From Spironucleus salmonicida (Eukaryota), in the NCBI RefSeq assembly GCF_000497125.1, contig NC_090596.1, positions 1,054,001 through 1,118,000 of the forward strand: DNA of 64,000 bases. The letters are read 5' to 3'. Shown here one piece after another: positions 12,257 through 23,454 of this stretch. The notes under the pieces are model-generated. The model saw only the letters and a program-made list of their open reading frames with translations. It was not told the DNA's origin and made no database searches. Every line of letters begins with the position of its first letter. Position 1 is the first letter of the stretch. The position numbers and the translations under genes are program-made.

Positions 12257-12577
12257 ATGGAGTCGCCCCGCTGCTAGCTGCTGCCAGTCCCGAACATCAA
12301 GAAGCCCCTATTGATTTTTACAGGAATTCTAAACTGCATCGTGCCTGGAATGGGCCTTCTGGTGGCTGCCTGCATCGAGAACCAGCAAAACTTTATGCAG
12401 CTTTTCAGCCTCGCTTTGATGCAGTTCTTCCTGATTATGCTTTTCCTCGTAGGCTACGTTTGGGGTATCGCGAACGGTGTCAAAATGATTTTGGCCAGCT
12501 GCAAAAAGGAGCGGAAAAGTGACGTCGAGGAGGTGGCCAAGGAGCCTGAGTTCAAGGGGAAAGCGAAAAGAGTGTGA
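12257..12577 (+). CDS. Small membrane protein, Spec3/stum-like (106 aa)
   Basis: Starts MESPRCQ (TAG = Gln). ILNCIVPGMGLLVAAC...ALMQFF...LVGYVWGIANGV resembles the LN-x-x-x-PGxG...GWIWSI-x-WG pattern of Spec3/stum. Confidence 0.65.
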
Positions 12578-12596
12578 GATTGGGATTTTAAAAATG

Positions 12597-12669
12597 CGCC
12601 TTTTGGCGGGATTGAACCGTCGACCTTGCGGTTAACAGCCGCACGCTCTACCAGCTGAGCTAAAAAGGC
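12597..12669 (-). tRNA. tRNA-Asn(GTT)
   Basis: GCCTTTT/AAAAGGC(G) acceptor stem, TAGCTCAGCTGGTAGAGC D arm, anticodon loop CTGTTAA, T loop GGTTCAATCC. Confidence 0.93.
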
Positions 12670-12753
12670 ATATTAGAATATTATTATATACAAAATGAAT
12701 AAACAAATATTATTAAAATTATATTATGATATCCTATAATATTTGAATTCTAA

Positions 12754-13032
12754 ATGAAGTACTCACGTGAAATTGAAATTGCTTTGGCCCTACAGCAACA
12801 CGAGCTGTCGGAGATGTAAGAGTTCCACAATGAACAGGTACATAAAAACCTCAAGATGACTACGGAAGAATTCGAGGAACTAGCTCTAAAAATCTAGCGC
12901 TCGCCGCTGCTTTAGACACTATTGGAAAACCCCACAAATCTCAACGACATTATTGAGTACTCCGGCTACCCCAAGCTGGATTTTCGCCTCAGCCAGAATG
13001 TTAGCTTTGAGAACATATTCAAACGCGACTGA
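12754..13032 (+). CDS. Hypothetical 92-aa protein
   Basis: MKYSREIEIALALQQHELSEMQEFH...ENIFKRD*; ATG-to-TGA frame after an AT-rich intergenic stretch. Confidence 0.6.
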
Positions 13033-13061
13033 AACCAAATACGAAAATTTGAAAACGTTGG

Positions 13062-13241
13062 TCACTGAATGTTCGCGATCTCCCCTTCGTAAACGTCAGT
13101 CAGATTGTCCTTCCCTTGGCTGGAAACGAGATATTTTTGCTGCACGCACGTCATCCTAATCTCATCAAACAGGGTGTAGCTGAGCGCTGAGAGCTCCATG
13201 GGTAGGATCTGTGTTCTGTTTTTTTGGCAGCATTTGTTCAT
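13062..13241 (-). CDS. Possible 59-aa hypothetical protein
   Basis: MNKCCQKNRTQILPMELS...EGEIANIQ*; ends CAG-TGA, converging on the previous gene. Confidence 0.35.
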   Translation of the reverse strand: MNKCCQKNRTQILPMELSALSYTLFDEIRMTCVQQKYLVSSQGKDNLTDVYEGEIANIQ

Positions 13242-13679
13242 TTTTGCCGGGTTAGTGATTTCCAGGCATATCGCACTACTTTGGAGTGAAAATAGGTTTA
13301 AAAATATAGGTTTTCCACCTACTCCTTACTAATTTGAGGCAATAGGAAACCCATGTAGAAAGCGGGCTTCATGCGGGCCACTGTTTCTAGATGGCCCATT
13401 TACGCTCTGTTGCGATTTCCCTCAAAGTCAACACCGCGTCTCGGCCTCTGCGATCATTTCTTTTATTAGCGGAAACCGTAAATCACTGACGTTTGGTCTA
13501 CTGAAAATTAGAGATAAATTCCATTTTCTGACCTTTTCGACGCTGCTACCCAGGACTGGTTTGAAATTCTGTTTTTCACTTCATCAAAATATTATCAAAT
13601 TCCGCTCCACAAAAAAACCAATTTTTGAATAATGTATTATTATACATTAAACTATATATTATTCCCTTCCATAACTAAA

Positions 13680-14009
13680 ATGAACATAACGAAAGAAAAC
13701 GCGCAGGTCGTCCTGAAGGGACAGATAACGTCGTTTACGGCGGGAATGGAGGTCCTGACCGTTCCAAAATAGTGCCACTTCATAGTCGAGCTGGAGGTGG
13801 AAAAGATCTACTGCGGCAGCCTCCCGAAGGGGCCCCTGAAGATTATTCTGTCTGAGGGGCAGCCGCCGGTTTTGGGCGAAAATTCGGTCCTTTTCGGGAG
13901 TGAAGTAGGGGGCTTTTTCGCGTTCGCGGGTCAGATTTGCGGTGAGTCCGAGGCGATGCAGGAGACGTTCGACCAGCTGGAGGAGCAGTTTGCAGCAGAA
14001 ACGGAGTGA
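13680..14009 (+). CDS. Hypothetical 109-aa protein
   Basis: MNITKENAQVVLKGQIT... through one TAG; CCCTTCC upstream; ends GAG-TGA. Confidence 0.65.
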
Positions 14010-14863
14010 AATTTATTGGCTCAAATGGAAGAGAAATATATACTAATAGTATATAATAATCATATATAGTGGAATAAACATGGAATGGGTAAATGATAAA
14101 TATTCGTAATTTGTGGGTTATGAGGACGGGGTTCAGGTTGTGTGACTAGTTTTCTGGGGTATATGCGGAATATATAGGTGTTGAGGAGAAATTGTGGTAA
14201 GAGTTTGCGTTTTTGCTTTAGTGCGTTATATTTTAGAGGTTTATTTTCTTAGACGTAGACAGTTGTACTCAAGATCAGGAGTTTACATATTAATAAGGTA
14301 TATATATTTTTTAGTATATAAAAATTAGGCCAACCTGTTGAAAAATCATCGTAAAAGAGGTTTTAGTTAGGTTATGATTTTAATAATTAGTTTTATTTGC
14401 TTTGAGAGGGGGTTTCAACTGTATATATTATAAATAGATTTTACATATTGTGAGTGTGGTGTTAATAATTTTTGTTGTAATACTTAATTTTGTATTCAGC
14501 TAATCTGTTAAAAACTAAAAGCACTTTATAAATTCAAGTAATTATGATCATATTCTTCTTAAAATTGTAAATATTATAGAAACAAGCCTAATTATAAGAT
14601 AATATATCTACAATAAAGTAATAATAGTTTTCCTATAAGAAATCTCATTATTTTTGGGGCAATTTTAATATACTGAGTCATGAAATGCTAAAATAACTGG
14701 AAGGTAAGAATATTCAATATATTATGTCTTACTTATCAAATATTCTTATGATCAATAATTTTATATATATAATCATTAAATTCTGAAATATATATAATAT
14801 TATTATTATACATAATATATATTATGAACTAAGCAACCTTAAATAAAACTACGAACCCAGAGA

Positions 14864-14989
14864 ATGCCTGAAAACAAGCCTGAAACAGAAAAACCTCACA
14901 AGGTTAAAGATATGTTTTAAAAAATGAAAGATAAAATGCATCATGAGCCCAAGACGAAAGAACCAACTCATCCAGAGCCTCAGGGATGA
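14864..14989 (+). CDS. Possible 41-aa charged peptide spanning the outer boundary of the large inverted repeat
   Basis: MPENKPETEKPHKVKDMFQKMKDKMHHEPKTKEPTHPEPQG*. The mirror copy at ~38233-38346 lacks the first four codons. Confidence 0.35.
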
Positions 14990-15660
14990 ATGAGATTTAC
15001 ATTATTTATTTCATTTCTGACAAAAGCCCTACATCGCGGGATGCTATTGTAGAGTATGCTCTAATTTAAAGGAAAGTATAATGTATATTTATTTTAGTCA
15101 ACTATAGGGCAATAATGACGTCCTTACACAGGATAGAAGCAGGTGTAAAGGCAAATTAGAAAGGGTCACTTCATGCTCTGACTGTCACCAGAGCACTTGG
15201 TTCCGCCCTTGCAGCAGTTGGCCTACATATTTTATGGAATGACTAATAACTTTTTTTGTCGAATCAGACTAATTACAAAATAATATAACAATACTATAAG
15301 TTTACGTAAACGTATACTTTATTATCACTTTTATTAGTATTTAATATTTATATTAAGCTAGTTTCTCCTTTCCATTATCATATTCTTGACTTGACGTTGC
15401 AACATAAATACTATACCTAGGCTATAGGTATCGTTAAACTGAAGACAGAAACTCGTAATTCAAGGCTAAGCATAAATAATGCTTCCTGTACTTTATTCCG
15501 AACCAGTTGAGTCTGCACGAACCTCGGGCTATGCCTTTCGGTGCAGTCCGGCATGACGTGGGTGAATATATGCCTACGGTATCCTGGCGGGCTTGTGGTC
15601 GCTGCCATACGCCCTACTCCGTAGACCCTCGCAGTGCTACTTGGAGTGCCCTCCCACACC

Positions 15661-16077
15661 ATGGGAGCACAGTCCACGATCCTGACCGCCTCGCAGGTGC
15701 CCTCGCTACAGGACTACGAGTACCGCGTGTCCATGAGCGAGTTCCTCCACAAGCAGCAGAACGACGCGGCGGTCCTGCTGGTGTCCCTCGCAGCGTGCTA
15801 CTTCATCATGGCCTTCAACGGGCTCACTCTGCGCGACCAGGCCCTCGGGCTCACGGTCATCTTCTCCACCACCGCCCTGCTGGCCGCGTTCCTCGCGTAC
15901 CAGCTGCTGAACTTCTGGGTCAAGCGCCAGTTCGACGCCGCGCTCGCCGCGCTCCGGCTGCCGGGCTACCCCAACCCCGCGGGCGGCGCGGCAGCCACGG
16001 CGGGGCTCTGCTCCAACCTCGGGGTGCTCGCCGCCCTCGCCTTCCTCGCCCTGTCCAGCCTCGCAGTGTACCTCTGA
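15661..16077 (+). CDS. 138-aa orphan with about 3 hydrophobic segments (intact copy)
   Basis: MGAQSTILTASQVPSLQDYEYRVSMSEFLHK...; CCCTCCCACACC before ATG; very high GC3. Confidence 0.75.
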   Translation: MGAQSTILTASQVPSLQDYEYRVSMSEFLHKQQNDAAVLLVSLAACYFIMAFNGLTLRDQALGLTVIFSTTALLAAFLAYQLLNFWVKRQFDAALAALRLPGYPNPAGGAAATAGLCSNLGVLAALAFLALSSLAVYL

Positions 16078-16188
16078 GGGCGGGCCAGCACCCCATCCGC
16101 CCGCGACCGAAACACTGTAGATGCCCGGAACACAAATCGCCGCCGCGGCAGAAACAGCGGCCTCGGATTATCCACTCGCCCTCCCGAA

Positions 16189-16431
16189 ATGGGGACGTGC
16201 GCGCAGAGCAGCAGGCTGGAGGACTTCGAGAACGCCCTCAGCGGCAAGGTGGCGGTGCCGGCGATCGAGCTGGTCCTGGCGCAGCGCGTGGCGTAGCAGG
16301 GCGCCGCGGAGACCCCGGAGCTGTCGGAGCAGGCGCGGGGCGGGACGCGGACGCGGCAGTGCAGCAACCTCATGGACCTGGACCTCAGCGCCTTCCTGGA
16401 GGCGCTCGGCGAGGTGGAGCTGGGCCAGTGA
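16189..16431 (+). CDS. Hypothetical 80-aa protein, copy 2
   Basis: As 5727-5969. Confidence 0.65.
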
Positions 16432-18900
16432 CGACCTTACTTGTATACCATTTTCACCGCCCTACTCGCGTAGAGCCCCGCACGAATGAAGCAGAACCCC
16501 GGCACCATATTACTAGCCGCAACTCTCCCAGACCGTGTTCGCCGCTGGGAAGGCAGAGTAGTAGTGCTATCCGAGCCAGTCTACAGCATATATAGCCTAT
16601 ATCCATCCTAGACGTATGTCGACAGCAAACACTACCACGCAGCGGTCTGCGAAGAAGGGCACTACGCAAGGCCGCCTAGTCATGCTACCACTGGGATTCG
16701 AAACATCCCTTACGCCCACCTTGGTCCTGAGCTCCGTCCTCTGCAGGATGGGCATAAAATTTATGCAATCATAGTGCGCATGGTGCTGTGGAGCTAGCAC
16801 TAAATACTAGCTGATGCCTCCGAGTCGCAACCGCAGAGCACGCTCTGGCGCAGCTGCTCAGTGCTGTTTCCACCCTGTGAGATGGAGTGTTTAGTACGTC
16901 TTAGCGCGTAAACTAGACCCCCTTTCGTCAACGTTTAGCTGGCGAAGTGCTAGAAAGCTTGCCAAAATTGCACTAAAAACTGATACCTGGATAGAATATT
17001 AGTCTTCGCGAGTCATTTCCATCGAGCAAGTGTCTTACCAAATGCAGCTATACTTACTAACTATGTGAAACCCTACTCTCAGAAAATATTTTGGTCGCAA
17101 GCAAGCCTCCAAATAGCGAGTTAGACATTTTGGTCTGTCCACGCGGAATTTCACTCCGAGATACGGCCAATATATTTAATAGCTAGTTTGGGTTTCTTGG
17201 GCCTGGTAGAGGGTCTCCGTACGCGTAGTAGCATGAAATTCCAATTAGGACATTTTGCAAATATCCCCACATAGGGCATATTAGTATACATTGTGTTGCC
17301 TTAGATTTTGGACGTCGGCGACGTTTGGATGAGTGGGGGCTTTCTGTGCGTTAGAGGGAGAGCCTGCAGCTAGTAACGATCCATATGGCCGAAGGTAGTT
17401 TTTCAGGGTTGCTAAAAGCTATTGTATCCGCGTACTCATAGTCATAACGCTCAGTAATGACTGACCTGGGTAGTCAGGTAGTTTGAGGAAGCAGGATGGC
17501 TAGTTTACGAAGGTAACGGAGCGCTGGGAATGTTGTTGGGCTTTGGGGCTAGCCTAATGGACAAATTCGCGTGATTTTAAGATTAAGCTTAGGCCTACGT
17601 GCCTCCTGCTGCTGGTGGCATGGCGGCCCTCATTTGCGCATCGACGCACAGGTCAGAAGAGTCGTACGGCTTAGTATTCTTGCCACTCTGCCGCAACATG
17701 TTCAGCTGCAAAGCTGGCGCCTGTCCTCCAGGGGCGTCTACTGCTCATTCGTACTGGAAGCTCGCGCGTGCTAGATCTGAACCACGAAGGGCAGCGGAGA
17801 CACCACACCGTATGCGGTTAAAGCCTTGGACGGCGTCCCGCAACGTGGCACTGCTTCAAGGGTGCAGCCAAGGTATTTGATCTTAGCCCTTCAGAATCTA
17901 CGCCGAGGGACCCAAGGCGAGCTTATTTGGGAGGCAGTGCAATATTACCTTCAGAGCACCGACCGTGGATCCAAACATGAACACGGCTTGCAAAATACCT
18001 CAAGCGCCTGGTAGTTTCTCCGCGCATCGTGTCCCGAGAGTTTTGTCGCAGTAAATTCCTAGGTCCAGGGATCACCAAGCGGATGGCATACGCTATCTGT
18101 TGTAAGTACTAGATGCCAGCGCAGCGAGGTCCTGTACACTTTGCTGACCACCGGGAATGAGTCTGAAACGTTATGCTTTCTTCACGAGGGCACTCTACGT
18201 TTAAAATACTTATATAAATATAATTTCCAAAAGCGCAACGCAGTAAAATGTGGTTCTGGTGTGGTAGTTAACCAGCCGTAGTACCTTATTCGGGATAGCC
18301 GTGTAGCTCCTCGCACATATGAATTCTTATTCCAATTTGAACACCCTTCGATAGCCTAGCCGCCAAGAAGGCGACGTTCGCCTCTTCCACTGCGGCGTAG
18401 AGGATAAGCTAGTAACAATGCTGAAAGCCTTTTGTGGAAGATTGACCTCCTTATGCTGACATATAAGCTGGGTGCTAGGTGCCACAGCTCAGACCTACCA
18501 TGCAGGCGATGATATGCTGCTCCTTTGGATGCTTTGGGGAATTTGGTGCAAATGCAGTGATAGGGAGATTCTGAGTTTCCCGTAGTCGCGGGAATTGGGC
18601 TCTGCAGGCCCATGTCCGGCCCACGACTTTACCCCACCTAGCACGGGACCCATTCGTCGAATTTCACTCTCTGGTAGGGGAGGCTGCGACGGACGAGGGC
18701 ACACCGAGCCCGCGCGTCCTGTGGGACCGAATGGACTCGTGGGCGGCGGGCGTACGAGCCCAGCCAGGTACACAGCCCGGCCTAGAATAAGCGGCGGCGC
18801 TGGCGTGGGTAGTGGCAGTCCTGCATGTTGCTACGAAAAAGTAGTGGGCATTCTACGGGACAACAATTACCACCACCATATAATAACCCGCGTGCCAGAC

Positions 18901-19446
18901 ATGGGCGAGACGGTCAGCAGGCTGAGCGACCGCGTCCGGACCGACCTGTAGAAGGTGGAGCAGGCGCAGGCCATCTTGGGGCACAAGCAGCCCCCGGAGG
19001 CGTCGGCGGTGATGGCGATGGCGAACCCCGTGCTCGTCGCGCAGCGCGCATCCCCGTCCCAGCCTGGGGTGCTGATGAAGAAGAACCAGAACGGTCGCGG
19101 GTGCCAGCCGGTCTCGGGCCTGTTCGCCCGGGACGAGGTTCTGCCGCCGCTGCTGGAGGACCAGCAGGCGCCCCTGCAGACGGCGCGGCCCAACCCGACC
19201 ATGGGAATGTCCGAGTTCGCGGTCAAGAAGATCGACACCGCGAAGCTGAAGCGGCAGGAGCATCCGGCGCACCTGGCCACCTCGCGCATATCGTCGCGGC
19301 CGTCCCAGATATTCGCGGCGCCGAGCAAAACGAAGCGGGGCGGGTCCATCATGGAGAAGATCGGAAGCAACCAGGTGGCGATCCGGCTGCCCAGCAGTGG
19401 GAGGACGATCCGGCTCACCATCGAGGGCGACGAGGAGATGGTCTGA
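18901..19446 (+). CDS. Hypothetical 181-aa protein (MGETVSRLSDRVRTDLQKVEQAQ...)
   Basis: ATG 18901, reads through TAG 18949-18951 into track ORF 18955-19446; high GC3. Confidence 0.7.
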
Positions 19447-19576
19447 GTGAGGTGCTTTCGCGGCACCCTTCCATTCTCGCGGGCGGGTATATTATGTGCT
19501 AATTGGCGCGCAGGCCAGAGCCGCGTCCGCATTCGGAGTGTATACTCGGCCCTCGCGGCGGGCCATCCCTCCGCAA

Positions 19577-19774
19577 ATGCACCTGCCGCTGCTCCTCGCG
19601 CACACGGGCACCCCGTCCCCGGCCCGGCGCTCCCCCGGCCTCGCGACGCTGCCCTACCTGCAGCAGTGCGGCCTGCGGAACCAGCGCCTGCGCTCCTCCC
19701 TGGACGAGAAGTGGGGCCAGTTCGAGGCCATCAAGGCCCGGATCCGCCGCACGGCCAGCGGGCTGCGCCAGTGA
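19577..19774 (+). CDS. Hypothetical basic 65-aa protein (MHLPLLLAHTG...)
   Basis: CCATCCCTCC upstream, high GC3, ends CAG-TGA. Confidence 0.55.
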   Translation: MHLPLLLAHTGTPSPARRSPGLATLPYLQQCGLRNQRLRSSLDEKWGQFEAIKARIRRTASGLRQ

Positions 19775-19785
19775 GCCTCGTTTTC

Positions 19786-20145
19786 TCACTCGCACGGCCG
19801 CTCCGGGTCTGGCGCGCGGCCCTTCAGACTGCAGCCCGGCGGCCGGGGGACCCGCCGCACCCGCGTCGGCCGGTGGGAGGGAGCCTCGTGCTGGCCCAGG
19901 AAGGCGCTGATCTCGTCCGCGCGCACGGCCTCGGTCCTCTGGCGCACCTGCTGCGCCTTGATGCGCGCGATGTCCTGGCGCAAGACGACTGCGGCTGGCT
20001 TGGCCTGCTCGGGCGGGTTGGTGAAGTGCAGCGAGGGCAGCTGCCGCACGGGGTCGTACCTGCCGACCTGCAGGAGCCGGGTCTGGAGGTTGACGGCGGC
20101 GCGGTTCTGCGCGTACTGCTTCTTGAGGTGCTTCGCGGCCATCAT
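19786..20145 (-). CDS. Hypothetical basic 119-aa protein (MMAAKHLKKQYAQ...)
   Basis: C-rich upstream motif, high GC3, ends GAG-TGA. Confidence 0.6.
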   Translation of the reverse strand: MMAAKHLKKQYAQNRAAVNLQTRLLQVGRYDPVRQLPSLHFTNPPEQAKPAAVVLRQDIARIKAQQVRQRTEAVRADEISAFLGQHEAPSHRPTRVRRVPRPPGCSLKGRAPDPERPCE

Positions 20146-20261
20146 GGGGCAGGTGGCAGGGGGCGTATAATAACTAATATCGGTGTTCGGCGAAAGACCG
20201 CATACTGGCTAATACACGCACTCCACATGGGACGGCGCGGGCCAAAAGATAAACCAAGAGA

Positions 20262-21989
20262 TCACTGCGCGTAGTCGAACTGCATCTTGAAGTGGTGCAG
20301 GCTGAGCTGCCTGAGGCCGGCACGGTCCACCACGCCACGGATGTCCGCCCTGCAGTCGAAGAGGAACTTGATCCAGAGCGCGGCTGCGTCCAGGTCCGAG
20401 TCGCTGTAGAGCTGCCTGGGGATCGCGAGGCGCACGAAGTTCCCGCTGACGGCCTCCACGCTCTTGTAGGGCGCGTTGCCGTGGGGCGAGTAGAACGCGG
20501 AGACGCCGAGCTCGCAGCCGCGGATGCCCTTCGCGAGCATGAGGCCGACGAGGGCGTTGCCGAGGAACTGGGCGCGCTTGTCCCTGCCGAAGAACCTGTC
20601 CACGTCGATGTACACCGCGGAGGTGCCGCAGGGGTCGAGCACGGGGATGCCGAGCGCCTTGAGCTGGGCCGCGAACCGCTGGACCTGGTCGATCCTGCCC
20701 TTGAGGTAGTTGAACTCCACGACCTGCTGGAGGCCCGCGCACGCCGCCTTGATGTCGCGGCCGGTAAGGGCGCCGTAGGTGAAGTGGCCCACCTTGAGGA
20801 TGACGCCGTCCATGATCTGCTGGAGGATGCAGCCGGTCTCCTACCCCACGAACTGCCCGAAGTTAACCGACTCGGGGGCGAAGCATACCGCGCCGCCGCA
20901 GTTGGCGATGCCGTCCTTCTTGAGCGAGATGGTGAAGCCGTCCACGAGCGCGAAGGTCTTGTGCACGATCTCCCGGACGGACAGGGGCGAGTCCTCGATG
21001 GTCTTGATGAGGTAGGCGTTCTCGGCGAAGCGGCAGGCGTCCATGATGTAGGGGATACCGTGCTTCTTACAGAGGGCCGACACCGCCTCGATGTGCTGCA
21101 GCGACACGGGCTGGGAGCCGCCGGAGTTGTTGGTGATCGTGGTGAATACGATCGCGGTCTTCCCGGGGGCGGCCTCCACGTTGCGGCTGAGCAGCTCGAA
21201 GTCCCCGTCGCCGAGGTACTTGTCAGATGCGCAGTAGGTGCCATCGCGCACCTTGGGGTTGGGGTGGTTCATGAGGTTGAAGGTGACGCGGACGGTCTTG
21301 CCGTCGGGCGCGCGGAACGGCTTGTCCGTGATGTCCAGAATGTGGCCCGAGGTGGTGTCGAAGAAGTTGTTCGTGCAGATGACGTTGTAGTCGACTGCGC
21401 CCTCGATGGTCCGGTAGTCGCGGTTGACGAGGGCCTGTGCGAGTGCGGGGAACAGCTGGTTCTCGGCGCCGCGGCCCTGGTTGACGATGTAGTTGAAGTT
21501 CTTGCGGAGCTTGTACTGCTCGTTGAGGGCCTGGTTGCGGTGCTTGCCCAGGAACACCGAGGCGTAGCGCTCACCGAAGATGTCGGCCATGGTGTCGTTG
21601 AACTGGTACCAGCCCTCGTTGGAGCCGTAGGACTCGTCTCCCTGCATCATCTGGCCCCACTGCGCGGTGGTCATGGCGGAGGAGCCGGAGTCCGAGAGGA
21701 AGTCCACCTCGAGGTGGTCGGCGGGCATGTAGAAGGAGTTGAGCCCGACCTCGATGACCTTGGCGGCGCGGATCTGGAACTCTTCCCGGGGGTCCGCGGC
21801 CAGCTGGTTCTTGGGCTTGACCACGTGATTGATGAAGGGCCGGAAGGCGGAGTTGAGCGCCTGGGCCATCACGAGGAGCTCCGGGGGGATCTGGCTGACC
21901 CTGTCGGCCTGGGTAGTCTTCCAGGCCTCGAAGCGGTCGTAGAAGGACGTGAGGTAGGCGAGCTGCTGGGCGGGTTCCATGGCCTGCAT
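20262..21989 (-). CDS. tnaA: Tryptophanase (PLP-dependent beta-eliminating lyase), 575 aa, copy 1
   Basis: Track ORFs 20841-21989 and 20262-20813 are one frame joined by TAG = Gln. Motifs: DFLSDSG, GDESY, QGRGAE, NNFFDTTSGH, TNNSGGSQPVS, DACRFAENAY, SLKKDG (PLP Lys), VRLAIPR, LHHF. FDTT and xHF favour TnaA over tyrosine phenol-lyase. Confidence 0.9.
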
Positions 21990-22225
21990 TTTATGGGGGA
22001 AGGATTGAAAACGGGAGCGAAAAATTAGTCATGCTTTCGGGGCGGCAGGCGATTCCGAGGAAACTTAAGAATACTTCGAAATGAACTGTACAACGGCGGG
22101 AGAATATCGGTATGAAGGGGAAAAGTTGGTCACCAATTATAAGTAGTTGTGCGAGTGGATACAATTTGGGCCCGCAAGGAGTGCACCACTCCGATCTGAT
22201 TTGTGATTTGGTGAGAAAGCAAGGG

Positions 22226-22579
22226 TCACTTGGCGAGCATGGCGACGATGTCCTCCTCGATGGTCGCCTTGGGGCTCTCGACGATCCTGCCGACCTCCTG
22301 CGCGCCCTTGAAGACGACGAGGGTGGGGATGTTGGTGACCCCGAGGCGCTTGGCGATGCCCTGGGGGTCGTTCTTCTGCCTGTCGACCACGACGTCGACG
22401 ATCTTGACGGCGGGGAGCGCGGCCACGATCTTCTTCAGCAGGGGCAGCGTGTAGGTGCAGTCGCCGCACCAGTCGGCGTGCACGACGGTGATGCTAAGGT
22501 CCTTGTGGGCCTGGAGGGCGGCCACGGCGGCGGCGACGGGCTCGTACCAGTCTGAGGTTTCGTACTGCGCGTAGTTCAT
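22226..22579 (-). CDS. Thioredoxin-family protein (WCGDC), 117 aa, copy 1
   Basis: MNYAQYETSDW...HADWCGDC...TNIPTLVVFKGAQEVGRIVESP; CxxC plus cis-Pro IPT motif. Confidence 0.88.
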   Translation of the reverse strand: MNYAQYETSDWYEPVAAAVAALQAHKDLSITVVHADWCGDCTYTLPLLKKIVAALPAVKIVDVVVDRQKNDPQGIAKRLGVTNIPTLVVFKGAQEVGRIVESPKATIEEDIVAMLAK

Positions 22580-22632
22580 GCGGGTGGAGCGGTGATTTAA
22601 AACCGATCGGGCCGCAAGCGTATAATACAGTG

Positions 22633-23436
22633 TCACATTCCCATCACCACGCGCTTCACCCACATCGCGCCCGCCTCCCTCTTGAGCACCAGCACCAGCC
22701 GGCGCTCGCCCACGAACACGCTCGGGTTCCAGCCCACGCCCAGCAGCGCCCCCAGCTGCCCGTGCTGCCGCAGCGCCTCCTGCACCGCCCGGAAGCCGAA
22801 GTGGCCCGCGACCCCCGCGCCCTCGCCGGCCTGCGCGTAGCTGGCGGACACCTGGCTCATCTGCGTCCCGAGCTGCAGCGTCTTCACGCCCTCCGCGTGC
22901 AGCACCGCCACCTCCACGGTCTCGTCGCCCTCCACCAGCAGGCCGAAGAGCTGCGGCGCCCGCGCGAACAGCTGGAACTCCTGGCTGGGCGCGCCGTCGC
23001 CGAGCCCGTCCTCGACCATCTGCAGCTCCTGGACGACCGCGTTCAGGCTCTGGTTGCGCAGAAACCCGATCGGCACCTGCAGCTTCGCCTCGATCGCGTG
23101 CTCCGCGAAGTCGCTGCCCTCCTGGAAGAAGCGGGCGTCCAGGAAGGGCTTGTCGCCGGCCTCCTGGGTGAGAACGAAGCTTGCGTCGAAGTCCTGGAGG
23201 TTCTCGAGTTGGAAGATGCGGGAGAAGCGCACGCCCACCGGGTGCGAGCCGGCGAGGTCCAGGGCGCTGAAGAGGAAGGAGCTGGCGAGGCTGTAGACGC
23301 CGCCGGCCTGGGGGTCGAAGACCTGCACGGTGGCGGAGGTGGGCCGGAAGATGAAGACCGCGGTGTCCGAGAGCAGCGCCAGCAGCTGGGTGAACTGCTG
23401 GAGGTGCCGCGCCGTGAGGTAGAGCCGCAGGTGCAT
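22633..23436 (-). CDS. 267-aa protein, possible PCNA/9-1-1 (Hus1/Rad9/Rad1)-like clamp subunit, copy 1
   Basis: The ORF itself is solid (CCACTCCACA-ATG, high GC3). The fold call is inferred only from length and an N-terminal strand-helix-strand pattern (MHLRLYLT..HLQQFTQLLALLSDTAVFIFRP...GGVYSLASSFLF). Confidence 0.5.
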   Translation of the reverse strand: MHLRLYLTARHLQQFTQLLALLSDTAVFIFRPTSATVQVFDPQAGGVYSLASSFLFSALDLAGSHPVGVRFSRIFQLENLQDFDASFVLTQEAGDKPFLDARFFQEGSDFAEHAIEAKLQVPIGFLRNQSLNAVVQELQMVEDGLGDGAPSQEFQLFARAPQLFGLLVEGDETVEVAVLHAEGVKTLQLGTQMSQVSASYAQAGEGAGVAGHFGFRAVQEALRQHGQLGALLGVGWNPSVFVGERRLVLVLKREAGAMWVKRVVMGM

Positions 23437-23454
23437 TGTGGAGTGGGACTACGC

